Notes under the pieces: generated by a model
What the model was told of the DNA's origin: nothing
Databases searched by the model: none
The model's input: only the letters and a program-made list of their open reading frames with translations
Translations under genes and position numbers: made by a program
NCBI GenBank assembly: GCA_964016885.1
Contig: OZ024742.1
Location: forward strand, 166,036,001 to 166,100,000
Length of the DNA: 64,000 nucleotides
From: Eledone cirrhosa
Lineage: Eukaryota
Direction: 5' to 3'
Shown here: positions 10,780 through 24,400 of the stretch, one piece after another
Numbering within the stretch: position 1 is the stretch's first letter
Layout: each line of letters starts with the position of its first letter

Positions 10780-13700
10780 GATAATTTCCAGCCGTCCAAG
10801 GGTAGATAATATCCAGCCGTCCAAGTAGATATATTTTCCAGCCGTCCAAGGAGAGGTAATTTCTAGCCGTCCAAGGGGAGATAAATTCCAGCCTCCAAGG
10901 GGAGATAATTTCCAGCCAGCCAAGGGGAGATAATTTGTAAAAAAATCAGGGGGAGATAATTTGTAAAAAAAATCAGGGGGAGATAATTTGTAAAAAAAAA
11001 TCAGGGGGAGATAATTTGTAAAAAAAAATCAGGGGGAGATAATTTGTAAAAAAAATCAGGGGGAGATAATTTGTAAAAAAAAATCAGGGGGAGATAATTT
11101 GTAAAAAAAAATCAGGGGGAGATAATTTGTAAAAAAAAATCAGGGGGAGATAATTTGTAAAAAAAATCAAGGGGAGATAATTTCCAGCCGTCCAAGGGGA
11201 GATAATTTCCAGCCGTCCAAGGGGAGGTAATATCTAGCCGTCCAAGGGGAGATAATTTCCAGCCGTCCAAGAGGAGATAATTTCCAGCCGTCCAAGGGTA
11301 GATAATATCCAGCCGTCCAAGGAGACATATTTTCCAGCCGTCCAAGGAGAGGTAATTTCTAGCCGTCCAAGGGGAGATAAATTCCAGCCTCCAAGGGGAG
11401 ATAATTTGTAAAAAAAATCAGGGGGAGATAATTTGTAAAAACAAATCAAGGGGAGATAATTTCCAGCCGTCCAAGGGGAGATAATTTTCAGCCGCCCAAG
11501 GGGAGATAATATCCCGCCAGCCAAGGGAAGATAATATTTAAAAAATCAGGCGGAGATAATTTGTAAAAAAAATCAGGGGGAGATAATTTGTAAAAAAATC
11601 AGGGGGAGATAATTTGTAAAAAAAAAATCAGGGGGAGATAATTTGTAAAAAAAATCAGGGGGAGATGATTTGTAAAAAAAATCAGGGGTAGATAATTTGT
11701 AAAAAAAAAATCAGGGGGAGATAATTTGTAAAAAAAAATCAGGGGGAGATAATTTGTAAGAAAAATCAAGAGGAGATAATTTCCAGCCGTCGAAGGGAAG
11801 ATAATTTCCAGCCCTCCAAGGGGCTATAATTTCCAGCGTCCAAGGGGAGATAATTTCCAGCCAGCGAAGGGGAGATAATTTTTTTAAAAAAATCATTGGG
11901 AGATTTGTAAAAAAAATCAGGGGGAGATAATTTGTAAAAAAAATCAAGGGGAGATAATTTCCAGCCGTCCAAGGGGAGGTAATATCTAGCCGTCCAAGGG
12001 GAGATAATTTCCAGCCGTCCAAGGGGAGATAATTTCCAGCCGTCCAAGGGTAGATAATATCCAGCCGTCCAAGTAGACATTTTCCAGCCGTCCAAGGAGA
12101 GGTAATTTCTAGCCGTCCAAGGGGAGATAAATTCCAGCCTCCAAGGGGAGATAATTTCCAGCCAGCCAAGGGGAGATAATTTGTAAAAAAATCAGGGGGA
12201 GATAATTTGTAAAAAAAAATCAGGGGGAGATAATTTGTAAAAAAAAATCAGGGGGAGATAATTTGTAAAAAAAAATCAGGGGGAGATAATTTGTAAAAAA
12301 AATCAAGGGGAGATAATTTCCAGCCGTCCAAGGGGAGATAATTTCCAGCCGTGCAAGGGGAGATAATTTCCAGCCGTCCAAGGGGAGATAATTTCCATCC
12401 TTCCAAGGGGAGATAATCTCCAGCCGTCCAAGGGGAGATAATTTCCCGCCAGCCAAGGGAAGATAATTTTTAAAAAAATCAGGCGGAGATTGTAAAAAAA
12501 ATCAGGGGGAGATAATTTGTAAAAAAATCAGGGGGAGATAATTTGTAAAAAAAAAATCAGGGGAGATAATTTGTAAAAAAAAATCAGGGGGAGATAATTT
12601 GTAAAAAAAAAATCAGGGGGAGATAATTTGTAAAAAAAATCAGGGGTAGATAATTTGTAAAAAAAAATCAGGGGGAGATAATTTGTAAAAAAAAATCAGT
12701 GGGAGATAATTTGTAAAAAAATCAAGGGGAGATAATATGCAGCCGTCCAAGGGGAGATAATTTTCAGCCGTCCAAGGAGAGTTAATTTCTAGCCGTCCAA
12801 GGGGAGATAATTTCCAGCCGTCCAAGGGGAGATAATTTCCAGCCGTCCAAGGGGAGATAGTTTTTTTAAAAAATCAGGCGGAGATAATTTGTAAAAAAAA
12901 AATCAGGGGGAGATAATTTGTAAAAAAAAATCAGGGGGAGATAATTTGTAAAAAAAAATCAAGGGGAGATAATTTGTAAAAAAAATCAGGGGGAGATAAT
13001 TAGTAAAAAAAATCAAGGGGAGATAATTTCCAGCCGTCCAAGGGGAGGTAATATCTAGCCGTCCAAGGGGAGATAATTTCCAGCCGTCCAAGGGGAGATA
13101 ATTTCCAGCCGTCCAAGGGTAGATAATATCCAGCCGTCCAAGTAGACATATTATCCAGCCGTCCAAGGAGAGGTAATTTCTAGCCGTCCAAGGGGAGATA
13201 AATTCCAGCCTCCAAGGGGAGATAATTTCCAGCCAGCCAAGGGGAGATAATTTGTAAAAAAAATCAGGGGGAGATAATTTGTAAAAAAAATCAGGGGGAG
13301 ATAATTTGTAAAAAAAATCAGGGGGAGATAATTTGTAAAAAAAAATCAGGGGGAGATAATTTGTAAAAAAAAATCAGGGGGAGATAATTTGTAACAAAAA
13401 ATCAGGGGGAGATAATTTGTAAAAAAAATCAAGGGGAGATAATTTCCAGCCGTCCAAGGGGAGATAATTTCCAGCCGTCCAAGGGGAGGTAATATCTAGC
13501 CGTCCAAGGGGAGATAATTTCCAGCCGTCCAAGAGGAGATAATTTCCAGCCGTCCAAGGGAAGATAATTTCAAGCCCTCCAAGGGGCTATAATTTCCAGT
13601 GTCCAAGGGGAGATAATTTCCAGCCAGCGAAGGGGAGATAATTTTTTTTTAAAAATCAGGGGGAGATTTGTAAAAAAAATCAGGGGGAGATAATTTGTAA

Positions 13701-16700
13701 AAAAAATCAAGGGGAGATAATTTCCAGCCGTCGAAGGGAAGATAATTTCCAGCCCTCCAAGGGGCTATAATTTCCAGCGTCCAAGGGGAGATAATTTCCA
13801 GCCAGCGAAGGGGAGATAATTTTTTTAAAAAAATCATTGGGAGATTTGTAAAAAAAATCAGGGAGAGATAATTTGTAAAAAAAATCAAGGGGAGATAATT
13901 TCCAGCCGTCCAAGGGGAGGTAATATCTAGCCGTCCAAGGGGAGATAATTTCCAGCCGACCAAGGGGAGATAATTTCCAGCCGTCCAAGGGTAGATAATA
14001 TCCAGCCGTCCAAGTAGACATTTTCCAGCCGTCCAAGGAGAGGTAATTTCTAGCCGTCCAAGGGGAGATAAATTCCAGCCTCCAAGGGGAGATAATTTCC
14101 AGCCAGCCAAGGGGAGATAATTTGTAAAAAAAATCAGGGGGAGATAATTTGTAAAAAAAAATCAGGGGGAGATAATTTGTAAAAAAAAATCAGGGGGAGA
14201 TAATTTGTAAAAAAAAATCAGGGGGAGATAATTTGTAAAAAAAATCAAGGGGAGATAATTTCCAGCCGTCCAAGGGGAGATAATTTTCAGCCGTCCAAGG
14301 GGAGATAATTTCCAGCCGTCCAAGGGGAGATAATTTCCATCCTTCCAAGGGGAGATAATTTCCAGCCAACCAAGGGAAGATAATTTTTAAAAAAATCAGG
14401 CGGAGATTGTAAAAAAAATCAGGGGGAGATAATTTGTAAAAAAATCAGGGGGAGATAATTTGTAAAAAAAAAATCAGGGGGAGATAATTTGTAAAAAAAA
14501 TCAGGGGGAGATAATTTGTAAAAAAAAATCAAGGGGAGATAATTTGTACAAAAAATCAGGGGTATATAATTTGTAAAAAAAAATCAGGGGGAGATAATTT
14601 GTAAAAAAAAATCAGGGGGAGATAATTTGTAAAAAAAATCAAGGGGAGATAATTTGCAGCCGTCCAAGGGGAGATAATTTTCAGCCGTCCAAGGAGAGGT
14701 AATTTCTAGCCGTCCAAGGTGAGATAATATCCAGCCGTCCAAGGGGAGATAATTTCCAGCCGTCCAAGGGGAGATAATTTAAAAAAAAAAACAGGCGAAG
14801 ATAATTTGTAAAAAAAAATCAGGGGGAGATAATTTGTAAAAAAAATCAGGGGGAGGTAATTTGTAAAAAAAATCAAGGGGAGATAATTTCCAGCCGTCCA
14901 AGGGAAGATAATTTCCAGCCCTCCAAGGGGCTATAATTTCCAGCGTCCAAGGGGAGATAATTTCCAGCCACCGAAGGGGAGATAATTTTTTTTTTTTTAA
15001 ATCAGGGGGACATAATTTGTAAAAAAAAATCAGGGGGAGATAATTTGTAAAAAAAATCTAGGGGAGATAATTTGTAAAAAAAAATCAGGGTGAGATAATT
15101 TGTAAAAAAAAATCAGGGGGAGATAATTTGTAAAAAAAATTAAGGGGAGATAATTTGTAAAAAAAATCAAGGGGAGATAATTTCCAGCCGTCCAAGGAGA
15201 GGTAATTTCTAGACGTCCAAGGGGAGATAATTTCCAGCCGTCCAAGGGGAGATAATTTCCAGCCGTCCAAGGGTAGATAATATCCAGCCGTCCAAGGAGG
15301 CATATTTTCCAGCTTTCCAAGGAGAGGTAATTTCTAGCCGTCCATGGGGAGATAAATTCCAGCCTCCAAGGGGAGATAATTTCCAGCCAGCCAAGGGGAG
15401 ATAATTTGTAAAAAAAATCAGGGGGAGATAATTTGTAAAAAAAATCAGGGGGAGATAATTTGTAAAAAAAATCAGGGGGAGATAATTTCCAGCCGTCCAA
15501 GGGGAGATAATTTTCAGCCGTCCAAGGGGAGATAATTTCCCGCCAGCCAAGGGAAGATAATATTTAAAAAATGAGGCGGAGATAATTTGTAAAAAAAATC
15601 AGGTGGAGATAATTTGTAAAAAAATCAGGGGGAGATAATTTGTAAAAAAAAAATCAGGGGGAGATAATTTGTAAAAAAAATCAGGGGGAGATAATTTCCA
15701 GCCGTCCAAGGGGAGATAATTTTCAGCCGTCCAAGGGGAGATAATTTCCCGCCAGCCAAGGGAAGATAATATTTAAAAAATGAGGCGGAGATAATTTGTA
15801 AAAAAAATCAGGTGGAGATAATTTGTAAAAAAATCAGGGGGAGATAATTTGTAAAAAAAAAATCAGGGGGAGATAATTTGTAAAAAAAATCAGGGGGAGA
15901 TAATTTGTAAAAAAAAATCAGGTGTAGATAATTTGTAAAAAAAAATCAGGGGGAGATAATTTGTAAAAAAAATCAGGGGGAGATAATTTATAAAAAAAAT
16001 CAAGGGGAGATAATTTCCAGCCGTCCAAGGGAAGATAATTTCAAGCCCTCCAAGGGGCTGTAATTTCCAGTGTCCAAGGGGAGATAATTTCCAGCCAGCG
16101 AAGGGGAGATAATTTTTTTTTAAAAATCAGGGGGAGATTTGTAAAAAAAATCAGGGGGAGATAATTTGTAAAAAAAATCAAAGGGAGATAATTTCCAGCC
16201 GTCCAAAGAGATAATTTCTAGCCGTCCAAGGGGAGATAATTTCGAGCCAAGGGGAGATAATTTCCAGCCGTCCAAGGGGAGATAATTTCCATCCTTCCAA
16301 GGGGAGATAATTTCCAGCCGTCCAAGGGGAGATAATTTCCCGCCAGCCAAGGGAAGATAATTTTTTAAAAAATCAGGCGGAGATTGTAAAAAAAATCAGG
16401 GGGAGATAATTTGTAAAAAAATCAGGGGGAGATAATTTGTAAAAAAATCAAGGGGAGATAATTTCCAGCTGTCCAAGGGGAGGTAATATCTAGCCGTCCA
16501 AGGGGAGATAATTTCCAGCCGTCCAAGGGGAGATAATTTCCAGCCGTCCAAGGGTAGATAATATCCAGCCGTCCAAGGAGACATATTTTCCAGCCGTCCA
16601 AGGAGAGGTAATTTCTAGCCGTCCAAGTGGAGATAAATTCCAGCCTCCAAGGGGAGATAATTTCCAGCCAGCCAAGGGGAGATAATTTGTAAAAAAATCA

Positions 16701-18420
16701 GGGGGAGATAATTTGTAAAAAAAATCAGGGGGAGATAATTTGTAAAAAAAAATCAGGGGGAGATAATTTGTAAAAAAAATCAGGGGGAGATAATTTGTAA
16801 AAAAAATCAAGGGGAGATAATTTCCAACCGTCCAAGGGGAGATAATTTTCAGCCGTCCAAGGGGAGATAATTTCCCGCCAGCCAAGGGAAGATAATATTT
16901 AAAAAATGAGGCGGAGATAATTTGTAAAAAAAAATCAGGGGTAGATAATTTGTAAAAAAAATCAGGGGGAGATAATTTGTAAAAAAAATCAAGGGGAGAT
17001 AATTTCCAGCCGTCCAAGGAGAGATAATTTTAAAAAAAAATCAGGCGGAGATAATTTGTAAAAAAAAATCAGGGGGAGATAATTTGTAAAAAAAAATCAG
17101 GGGGAGATAATTTGTAAAAAAAATCAAGGGGAGATAATTTCCAGCCGTCCAAGGGGAGATAATTTTCAGCCGTCCAAGGGGAGATAATTTCCAGCCGTCC
17201 AAGGGGAGATAATTTAAAAAAAAAATCAGGGGTAGATAATTTGTAAAAAAAAATCAGGGGGAGATAATTTGTAAAAAAAAATCAGGGGGAGATAATTTGT
17301 AAAAAAAATCAAGGGGAGATAATTTGCAACCGTCCAAGGGGACATAATTTTCAGTCGTCCAAGGAGAGGTAATTTCTAGCCGTACAAGGGGAGATAATTT
17401 CCAGCCGTCCAAGGGGAGATAATTTCCAGCCGTCCAAGGGGAGATAATTTTTTTTAAAAAATCAGGCGGAGATAATTTGTAAAAAAAAAATCAGGGGGAG
17501 ATAATTTGTAAAAAAAAATCAGGGGGAGATAATTTGTAAAAAAAAATCAGGGGGAGATAATTTGTAAAAAAAATCAAGGGGAGATAATTTCCAGCCGTCC
17601 AAGGGAAGATAATTTCCAGCCCTCCAAGGGGCTATAATTTCCAGCGTCCAAGGGGAGATAATTTCCAGCCAGCGAAGGGGAGATAATTGTTTTAAAAAAA
17701 TCATTGGGAGATTTGTAAAAAAAATCAGGGGGAGATAATTAATAAAAAAAATCAAGGGGAGATAATTTCCAGCCGTCCAAGGGGAGGTAATATCTAGCCG
17801 TCCAAGGGGAGATAATTTCCAGCCGTCCAAGGGGAGATAATTTCCAGCCGTCCAAGGGTAGATAATATCCAGCCGTCCAAGGAGACATATTTTCCAGCCG
17901 TCCAAGGAGAGGTAATTTCTAGCCGTCCAAGGGGAGATAAATTCCAGCCTCCAAGGGGAGATAATTTCCAGCCAGCCAAGGGGAGATAATTTGTAAAAAA
18001 ATCAGGGGGAGATAATTTGTAAAAAAAATCAGGGGTAGATAATTTGTAAAAAAAAATCAGGGGGAGATAATTTGTAAAAAAAATCAAGGGGAGATAATTT
18101 CCAGCCGTCCAAGGAGAGATAATTTAAAAAAAAAATCAGGCGGAGATAATTTGTAAAAAAAAATCAGGGGGAGATAATTTGTAAAAAAAAATCAGGGGGA
18201 GATAATTTGTAAAAAAAATCAAGGGGAGATAATTTCCAGCCGTCCAAGGGGAGATAATTTCCAGCCGTCCAAGGGGAGATAATTTTTTAAAAAAAATCAG
18301 GCGGAGATAATTTGTAAAAAAAATCAGGGGGAGATAATTTGTAAAAAAAAATCAGGGGGAGATAATTTGTAAAAAAAATCAGGGGGAGATAATTTCCAGC
18401 CGTCCAAGGTAAGATAATTT
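10780..18420 (+). repeat. Higher-order module Y, subtype Y2 (tandem copy)
   Basis: Same diagnostic variants in the same order as 3.1-10.8 kb. It retains 96 bp at ~16246-16341 that Y1 lacks. Confidence 0.88.
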
Positions 18421-21400
18421 CCAGCCCTCCAAGGGGCTATAATTTCCAGCATCCAAGGGGAGATAATTTCCAGCCGTCCAAGGGTAGATAATATCCAGCC
18501 GTCCAAGTAGACATATTTTCCAGCCGTCCAAGGAGAGGTAATTTCTAGCCGTCCAAGGGGAGATAAATTCCAGCCTCCAAGGGGAGATAATTTCCAGCCA
18601 GCCAAGGGGAGATAATTTGTAAAAAAATCAGGGGGAGATAATTTGTAAAAAAAAATCAGGGGGAGATAATTTCCAGCCGTCCAAGGGGAGATAATTTTCA
18701 GCCGTCCAAGGGTAGATAATATCCAGCCGTCCAAGTAGACATTTTCCAGCCGTCCAAGGAGAGGTAATTTCTAGCCGTCCAAGGGGAGATAAATTCCAGC
18801 CTCCAAGGGGAGATAATTTCCAGCCAGCCAAGGGGAGATAATTTGTAAAAAAATCAGAGGGAGATAATTTGTAAAAAAAATCAGGGGGAGATAATTTGTA
18901 AAAAAAAATCAGGGGGAGATAATTTGTAAAAAAAAATCAGGGGGAGATAATTTGTAAAAAAAAATCAGGGGGAGATAATTTGTAAAAAAAATCAAGGAGA
19001 GATAATTTCCAGCCGTCCAAGGGGAGATAATTTTCAGCCGTCCAAGGGGAGATAATTTCCAGCCGTCCAAGGGGAGATAATTTCCATCCTTCCAAGGGGA
19101 GATAATTTCCAGCCGTCCAAGGGGAGATAATTTTCAGCCGTCCAAGGGGAGATAATTTCCCGCCAGCCAAGGGAAGATAATATTTTAAAAAATCAGGCGG
19201 AGATAATTTGTAAAAAAATCAGGGGGAGATAATTTGTAAAAAAAAAATCAGGGGAAGATAATTTGTAAAAAAAATCAGGGGGAGATAATTTGTAAAAAAA
19301 AATCAGGGGTAGATAATTTGTAAAAAAAAATCAGGGGGAGATAATTTGTAAAAAAAAATCAGGGGGAGATAATTTGTAAAAAAAATCAGGGGGAGATAAT
19401 TTGTAAAAAAAAATCAGGGGGAGATAATTTCCGGCCGTCCAAGGGGAGATAATTTTCAGCCGTCCAAGGGGAGATAATTTCCCGCCAGCCAAGGGAAGAT
19501 AATATTTAAAAAAATCAGGCGGAGATAATTTGTAAAAAAAATCAGGGGGAGATAATTTGTAAAAAAATCAGGGGGAGATAATTTGTAAAAAAAATCAAGG
19601 GGAGATAATTTCCAGCCGTCCAAGGGGAGGTAATATCTAACCGTCCAAGGGGAGATAATTTCCAGCCGTCCAAGAGGAGATAATTTCCAGCCGTCCAAGG
19701 GTAGATAATATCCAGCCGTCCAAGGAGACATATTTTCCAGCCGTCCAAGGAGAGGTAATTTCTAGCCGTCCAAAGGGAGATAAATTCCAGCCTCCAAGGG
19801 GAGATAATTTCCAGCCAGCCAAGGGGAGATAATTTGTAAAAAAAATCAGGGGGAGATAATTTGTAAAAAAAATCAGGGGGAGATAATTTGTAAAAAAAAT
19901 CAGGGGGAGATAATTTGTAAAAAAAAAATCAGGGGGAGATAATTTGTAAAAAAAATCAGGGGGAGATGATTTGTAAAAAAAAATCAGGGGTAGATAATTT
20001 GTAAAAAAAAATCAGGGGGAGATAATTTGTAAAAAAAAATCAGGGGGAGATAATTTGTAAAAAAAATCAAGGGGAGATAATTTCCAGCCGTCGAAGGGAA
20101 GATAATTTCCAGCCCTCCAAGGGGCTATAATTTCCAGCGTCCAAGGGGAGATAATTTCCAGCCGTCCAAGGGGAGATAATTTCCAGCCGTCCAAGGGTAG
20201 ATAATATCCAGCCGTCCAAGTAGACATTTTCCAGCCGTCCAAGGAGAGGTAATTTCTAGCCGTCCAAGGGGAGATAAATTCCAGCCTCCAAGGGGAGATA
20301 ATTTCCAGCCAGCCAAGGGAAGATAATTTGTAAAAAAATCAGGGGGAGATAATTTGTAAAAAAAATCAGGGGGAGATAATTTGTAAAAAAAAATCAGGGG
20401 GAGATAATTTGTAAAAAAAAATCAGGGGGAGATAATTTGTAAAAAAAATCAGGGGGAGATAATTTGTAAAAAAAATCAAGGGGAGATAATTTCCAGCCGT
20501 CCAAGGGGAGATAATTTTCAGCCGTCCAAGGGGAGATAATTTCCAGCCGTCCAAGGGGAGATAATTTCCATCCTTCCAAGGGGAGATAATTTCCAGCCGT
20601 CCAAGGGGAGATAATTTTCAGCCGTCCAAGGGGAGATAATTTCCCGCCAGCCAAGGGAAGATAATATTTTAAAAAATCAGGCGGAGATAATTTGTAAAAA
20701 AAATCAGGGGGAGATAATTTGTAAAAAAATCAGGGGGAGATAATTTGTAAAAAAAAAATCAGGGGGAGATAATTTGTAAAAAAAATCAGGGGGAGATAAT
20801 TTGTAAAAAAAAATCAGGGGTAGATAATTTGTAAAAAAAAATCAGGGGGAGATAATTTGTAAAAAAAAAATCAGGGGGAGGTAATTTGTAAAAAAAATCA
20901 AGGGGAGATAATTTCCAGCCGTCCAAGGAGAGATAATTTTTAAAAAAAATCAGGCGGAGATAATTTGTAAAAAAAAATCAAGGGGAGATAATTTGTAAAA
21001 AAAAATCAAGGGGAGATAATTTCCAGCCGTCCAAGGGAAGATAATTTCCAGCACTCCAAGGGGCTATAATTTCCAGTGTCCAAGGGGAGATAATTTCCAG
21101 CCAGCGAAGGGGAGATAATTTTTTTAAAAAAATCAGGGGGAGATATGTAAAAAAAATCAGAGGGAGATAATTTCTAAAAAAAATCAAAGGGAGATAATTT
21201 CCAGCCGTCCAAAGAGAGATAATTTCTAGCCGTCCAAGGGGAGATAATTTCCAGCCAAGGGGAGATAATTTCCAGCCGTCCAAGGGGAGATAATTATTTA
21301 AAAAATCAGGTGGAGATAATTTGTAAAAAAAAAATCAAGGGCAGATAATTTCCAGCTGTCCAAGGGGAGATAATTTCCAGCAGTGCAAGGGGAGATAATT

Positions 21401-24400
21401 TCCAGCCGTCCAAGGGGAGATAATTTCCATCCTTCCAAGGGGAGATAATGTCCAGCCGTCCAAGGGGAGATAATTTCCCGCCAGCCAAGGGAAGATAATT
21501 TTTAAAAAAATCAGGCGGAGATTGTAAAAAAAATCAGGGGGAGATAATTTGTAAAAAAAAAATCAGGGGGAGATAATTTGTAAAAAAATCAGGGGTAGAT
21601 AATTTGTAAAAAAAAATCAGGGGGAGATAATTTGTAAAAAAAAATCAGGGGGAGATAATTTCTAAAAAAATCAAGGGGAGATAATATGCAGCCGTCCAAG
21701 GGGAGATAATTTTCAGCCGTCCAAGGAGAGGTAATTTCTAGCCGTCCAAGGGGAGATAATTTCCAGCCGTCCAAGGGGAGATAATTTCCAGCCGTCCAAG
21801 GGGAGGTAATATCTAGCCGTCCAAGGGGAGATAATTTCCAGCCGTCCAAGGGGAGATAATTTCCAGCCGTCCAAGGGTAGATAATATCCAGCCGTCCAAG
21901 TAGATATATTTTCCAGCCGTCCAAGGAGAGGTAATTTCTAGCCGTCCAAGGGGAGATAAATTCCAGCCTCCAAGGGGAGATAATTTCCAGCCAGCCAAGG
22001 GGAGATAATTTGTAAAAAAATCAGGGGGAGATAATTTGTAAAAAAAATCAGGGGGAGATAATTTGTAAAAAAAAATCAGGGGGAGATAATTTGTAAAAAA
22101 AATCAGGGGGAGATAATTTGTAAAAACAAATCAAGGGGAGATAATTTGTAAAAAAAATCAGGGGGAGATAATTTGTAAAAACAAATCAAGGGGAGATAAT
22201 TTCCAGCCGTCCAAGGGGAGATAATTTTCAGCCGCCCAAGGGGAGATAATTTCCCGCCAGCCAAGGGAAGATAATATTTAAAAAATCAGGCGGAGATAAT
22301 TTGTAAAAAAAATCAGGGGGAGATAATTTGTAAAAAAATCAGGGGGAGATAATTTGTAAAAAAAAAATCAGGGGGAGATAATTTGTAAAAAAAATCAGGG
22401 GGAGATGATTTGTAAAAAAAATCAGGGGTAGATAATTTGTAAAAAAAAATCAGGGGGAGATAATTTGTAAAAAAAAATCAGCGGGAGATAATTTGTAAGA
22501 AAAATCAAGAGGAGATAATTTCCAGCCGTCGAAGGGAAGATAATTTCCAGCCCTCCAAGGGGCTATAATTTCCAGCGTCCAAGGGGAGATAATTTCCAGC
22601 CAGCGAAGGGAAGATAATTTTTTTAAAAAAATCATTGGGAGATTTGTAAAAAAAATCAGGGGGAGATAATTTGTAAAAAAAATCAAGGGGAGATAATTTC
22701 CAGCCGTCCAAGGGGAGGTAATATCTAGCCGTCCAAGGGGAGATAATTTGCAGCCGTCCAAGGGGAGATAATTTCCAGCCGTCCAAGGGTAGATAATATC
22801 CATCCGTCCAAGTAGACATTTTCCAGCCTTCCAAGGAGAGGTAATTTCTAGCCGTCCAAGGGGAGATAAATTCCAGCCTCCAAGGGGAGATAATTTCCAG
22901 CCAGCCAAGGGGAGATAATTTGTAAAAAAATCAGGGGGAGATAATTTGTAAAAAAAATCAGGGGTAGATAATTTGTAAAAAAAAATCAGGGGGAGATAAT
23001 TTGTAAAAAAAATCAAGGGGAGATAATTTCCAGCCGTCCAAGGAGAGATAATTTAAAAAAAAAATCAGGCGGAGATAATTTGTAAAAAAAAATCAGGGGG
23101 AGATAATTTGTAAAAAAAAATCAGGGGGAGATAATTTGTAAAAAAAATCAAGGGGAGATAATTTCCAGCCGTCCAAGGGGAGATAATTTCCAGCCGTCCA
23201 AGGGGAGATAATTTTTTTAAAAAAATCAGGCGGAGATAATTTGTAAAAAAAATCAGGGGGAGATAATTTGTAAAAAAAAATCAGGGGGAGATAATTTGTA
23301 AAAAAAAATCAGGGGGAGATAATTTCCAGCCGTCCAAGGTAAGATAATTTCCAGCCCTCCAAGGGGCTATAATTTCCAGCATCCAAGGGGAGATAATTTC
23401 CAGCCGTCCAAGGGTAGATAATATCCAGCCGTCCAAGTAGACATATTTTCCAGCCGTCCAAGGAGAGGTAATTTCTAGCCGTCCAAGGGGAGATAAATTC
23501 CAGCCTCCAAGGGGAGATAATTTCCAGCCAGCCAAGGGGAGATAATTTGTAAAAAAATCAGGGGGAGATAATTTGTAAAAAAAAATCAGGGGGAGATAAT
23601 TTCCAGCCGTCCAAGGGGAGATAATTTTCAGCCGTCCAAGGGTAGATAATATCCAGCCGTCCAAGTAGACATTTTCCAGCCGTCCAAGGAGAGGTAATTT
23701 CTAGCCGTCCAAGGGGAGATAAATTCCAGCCTCCAAGGGGAGATAATTTCCAGCCAGCCAAGGGGAGATAATTTGTAAAAAAATCAGAGGGAGATAATTT
23801 GTAAAAAAAATCAGGGGGAGATAATTTGTAAAAAAAAATCAGGGGGAGATAATTTGTAAAAAAAAATCAGGGGGAGATAATTTGTAAAAAAAAATCAGGG
23901 GGAGATAATTTGTAAAAAAAATCAAGGAGAGATAATTTCCAGCCGTCCAAGGGGAGATAATTTTCAGCCGTCCAAGGGGAGATAATTTCCAGCCGTCCAA
24001 GGGGAGATAATTTCCATCCTTCCAAGGGGAGATAATTTCCAGCCGTCCAAGGGGAGATAATTTTCAGCCGTCCAAGGGGAGATAATTTCCCGCCAGCCAA
24101 GGGAAGATAATATTTTAAAAAATCAGGCGGAGATAATTTGTAAAAAAATCAGGGGGAGATAATTTGTAAAAAAAAAATCAGGGGAAGATAATTTGTAAAA
24201 AAAATCAGGGGGAGATAATTTGTAAAAAAAAATCAGGGGTAGATAATTTGTAAAAAAAAATCAGGGGGAGATAATTTGTAAAAAAAAATCAGGGGGAGAT
24301 AATTTGTAAAAAAAATCAGGGGGAGATAATTTGTAAAAAAAAATCAGGGGGAGATAATTTCCGGCCGTCCAAGGGGAGATAATTTTCAGCCGTCCAAGGG

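Larger units (their letters stand above)
3100..10780 (+). repeat. Higher-order module Y, subtype Y1 (~7.7 kb)
   Basis: ORF-track offsets to the next copy: 3410->11112, 4550->12220, 6007->13649, 7414->15030, 8804->16490, 9832->17519 (7,616-7,702 bp). Confidence 0.88.

Noticed and set aside
3100-18420. 7.7-kb units as tandem transposons, LTR elements or rDNA units
   Set aside because: The units consist entirely of the two monomers, with no coding region, terminal repeats, target-site duplications or rRNA sequence.
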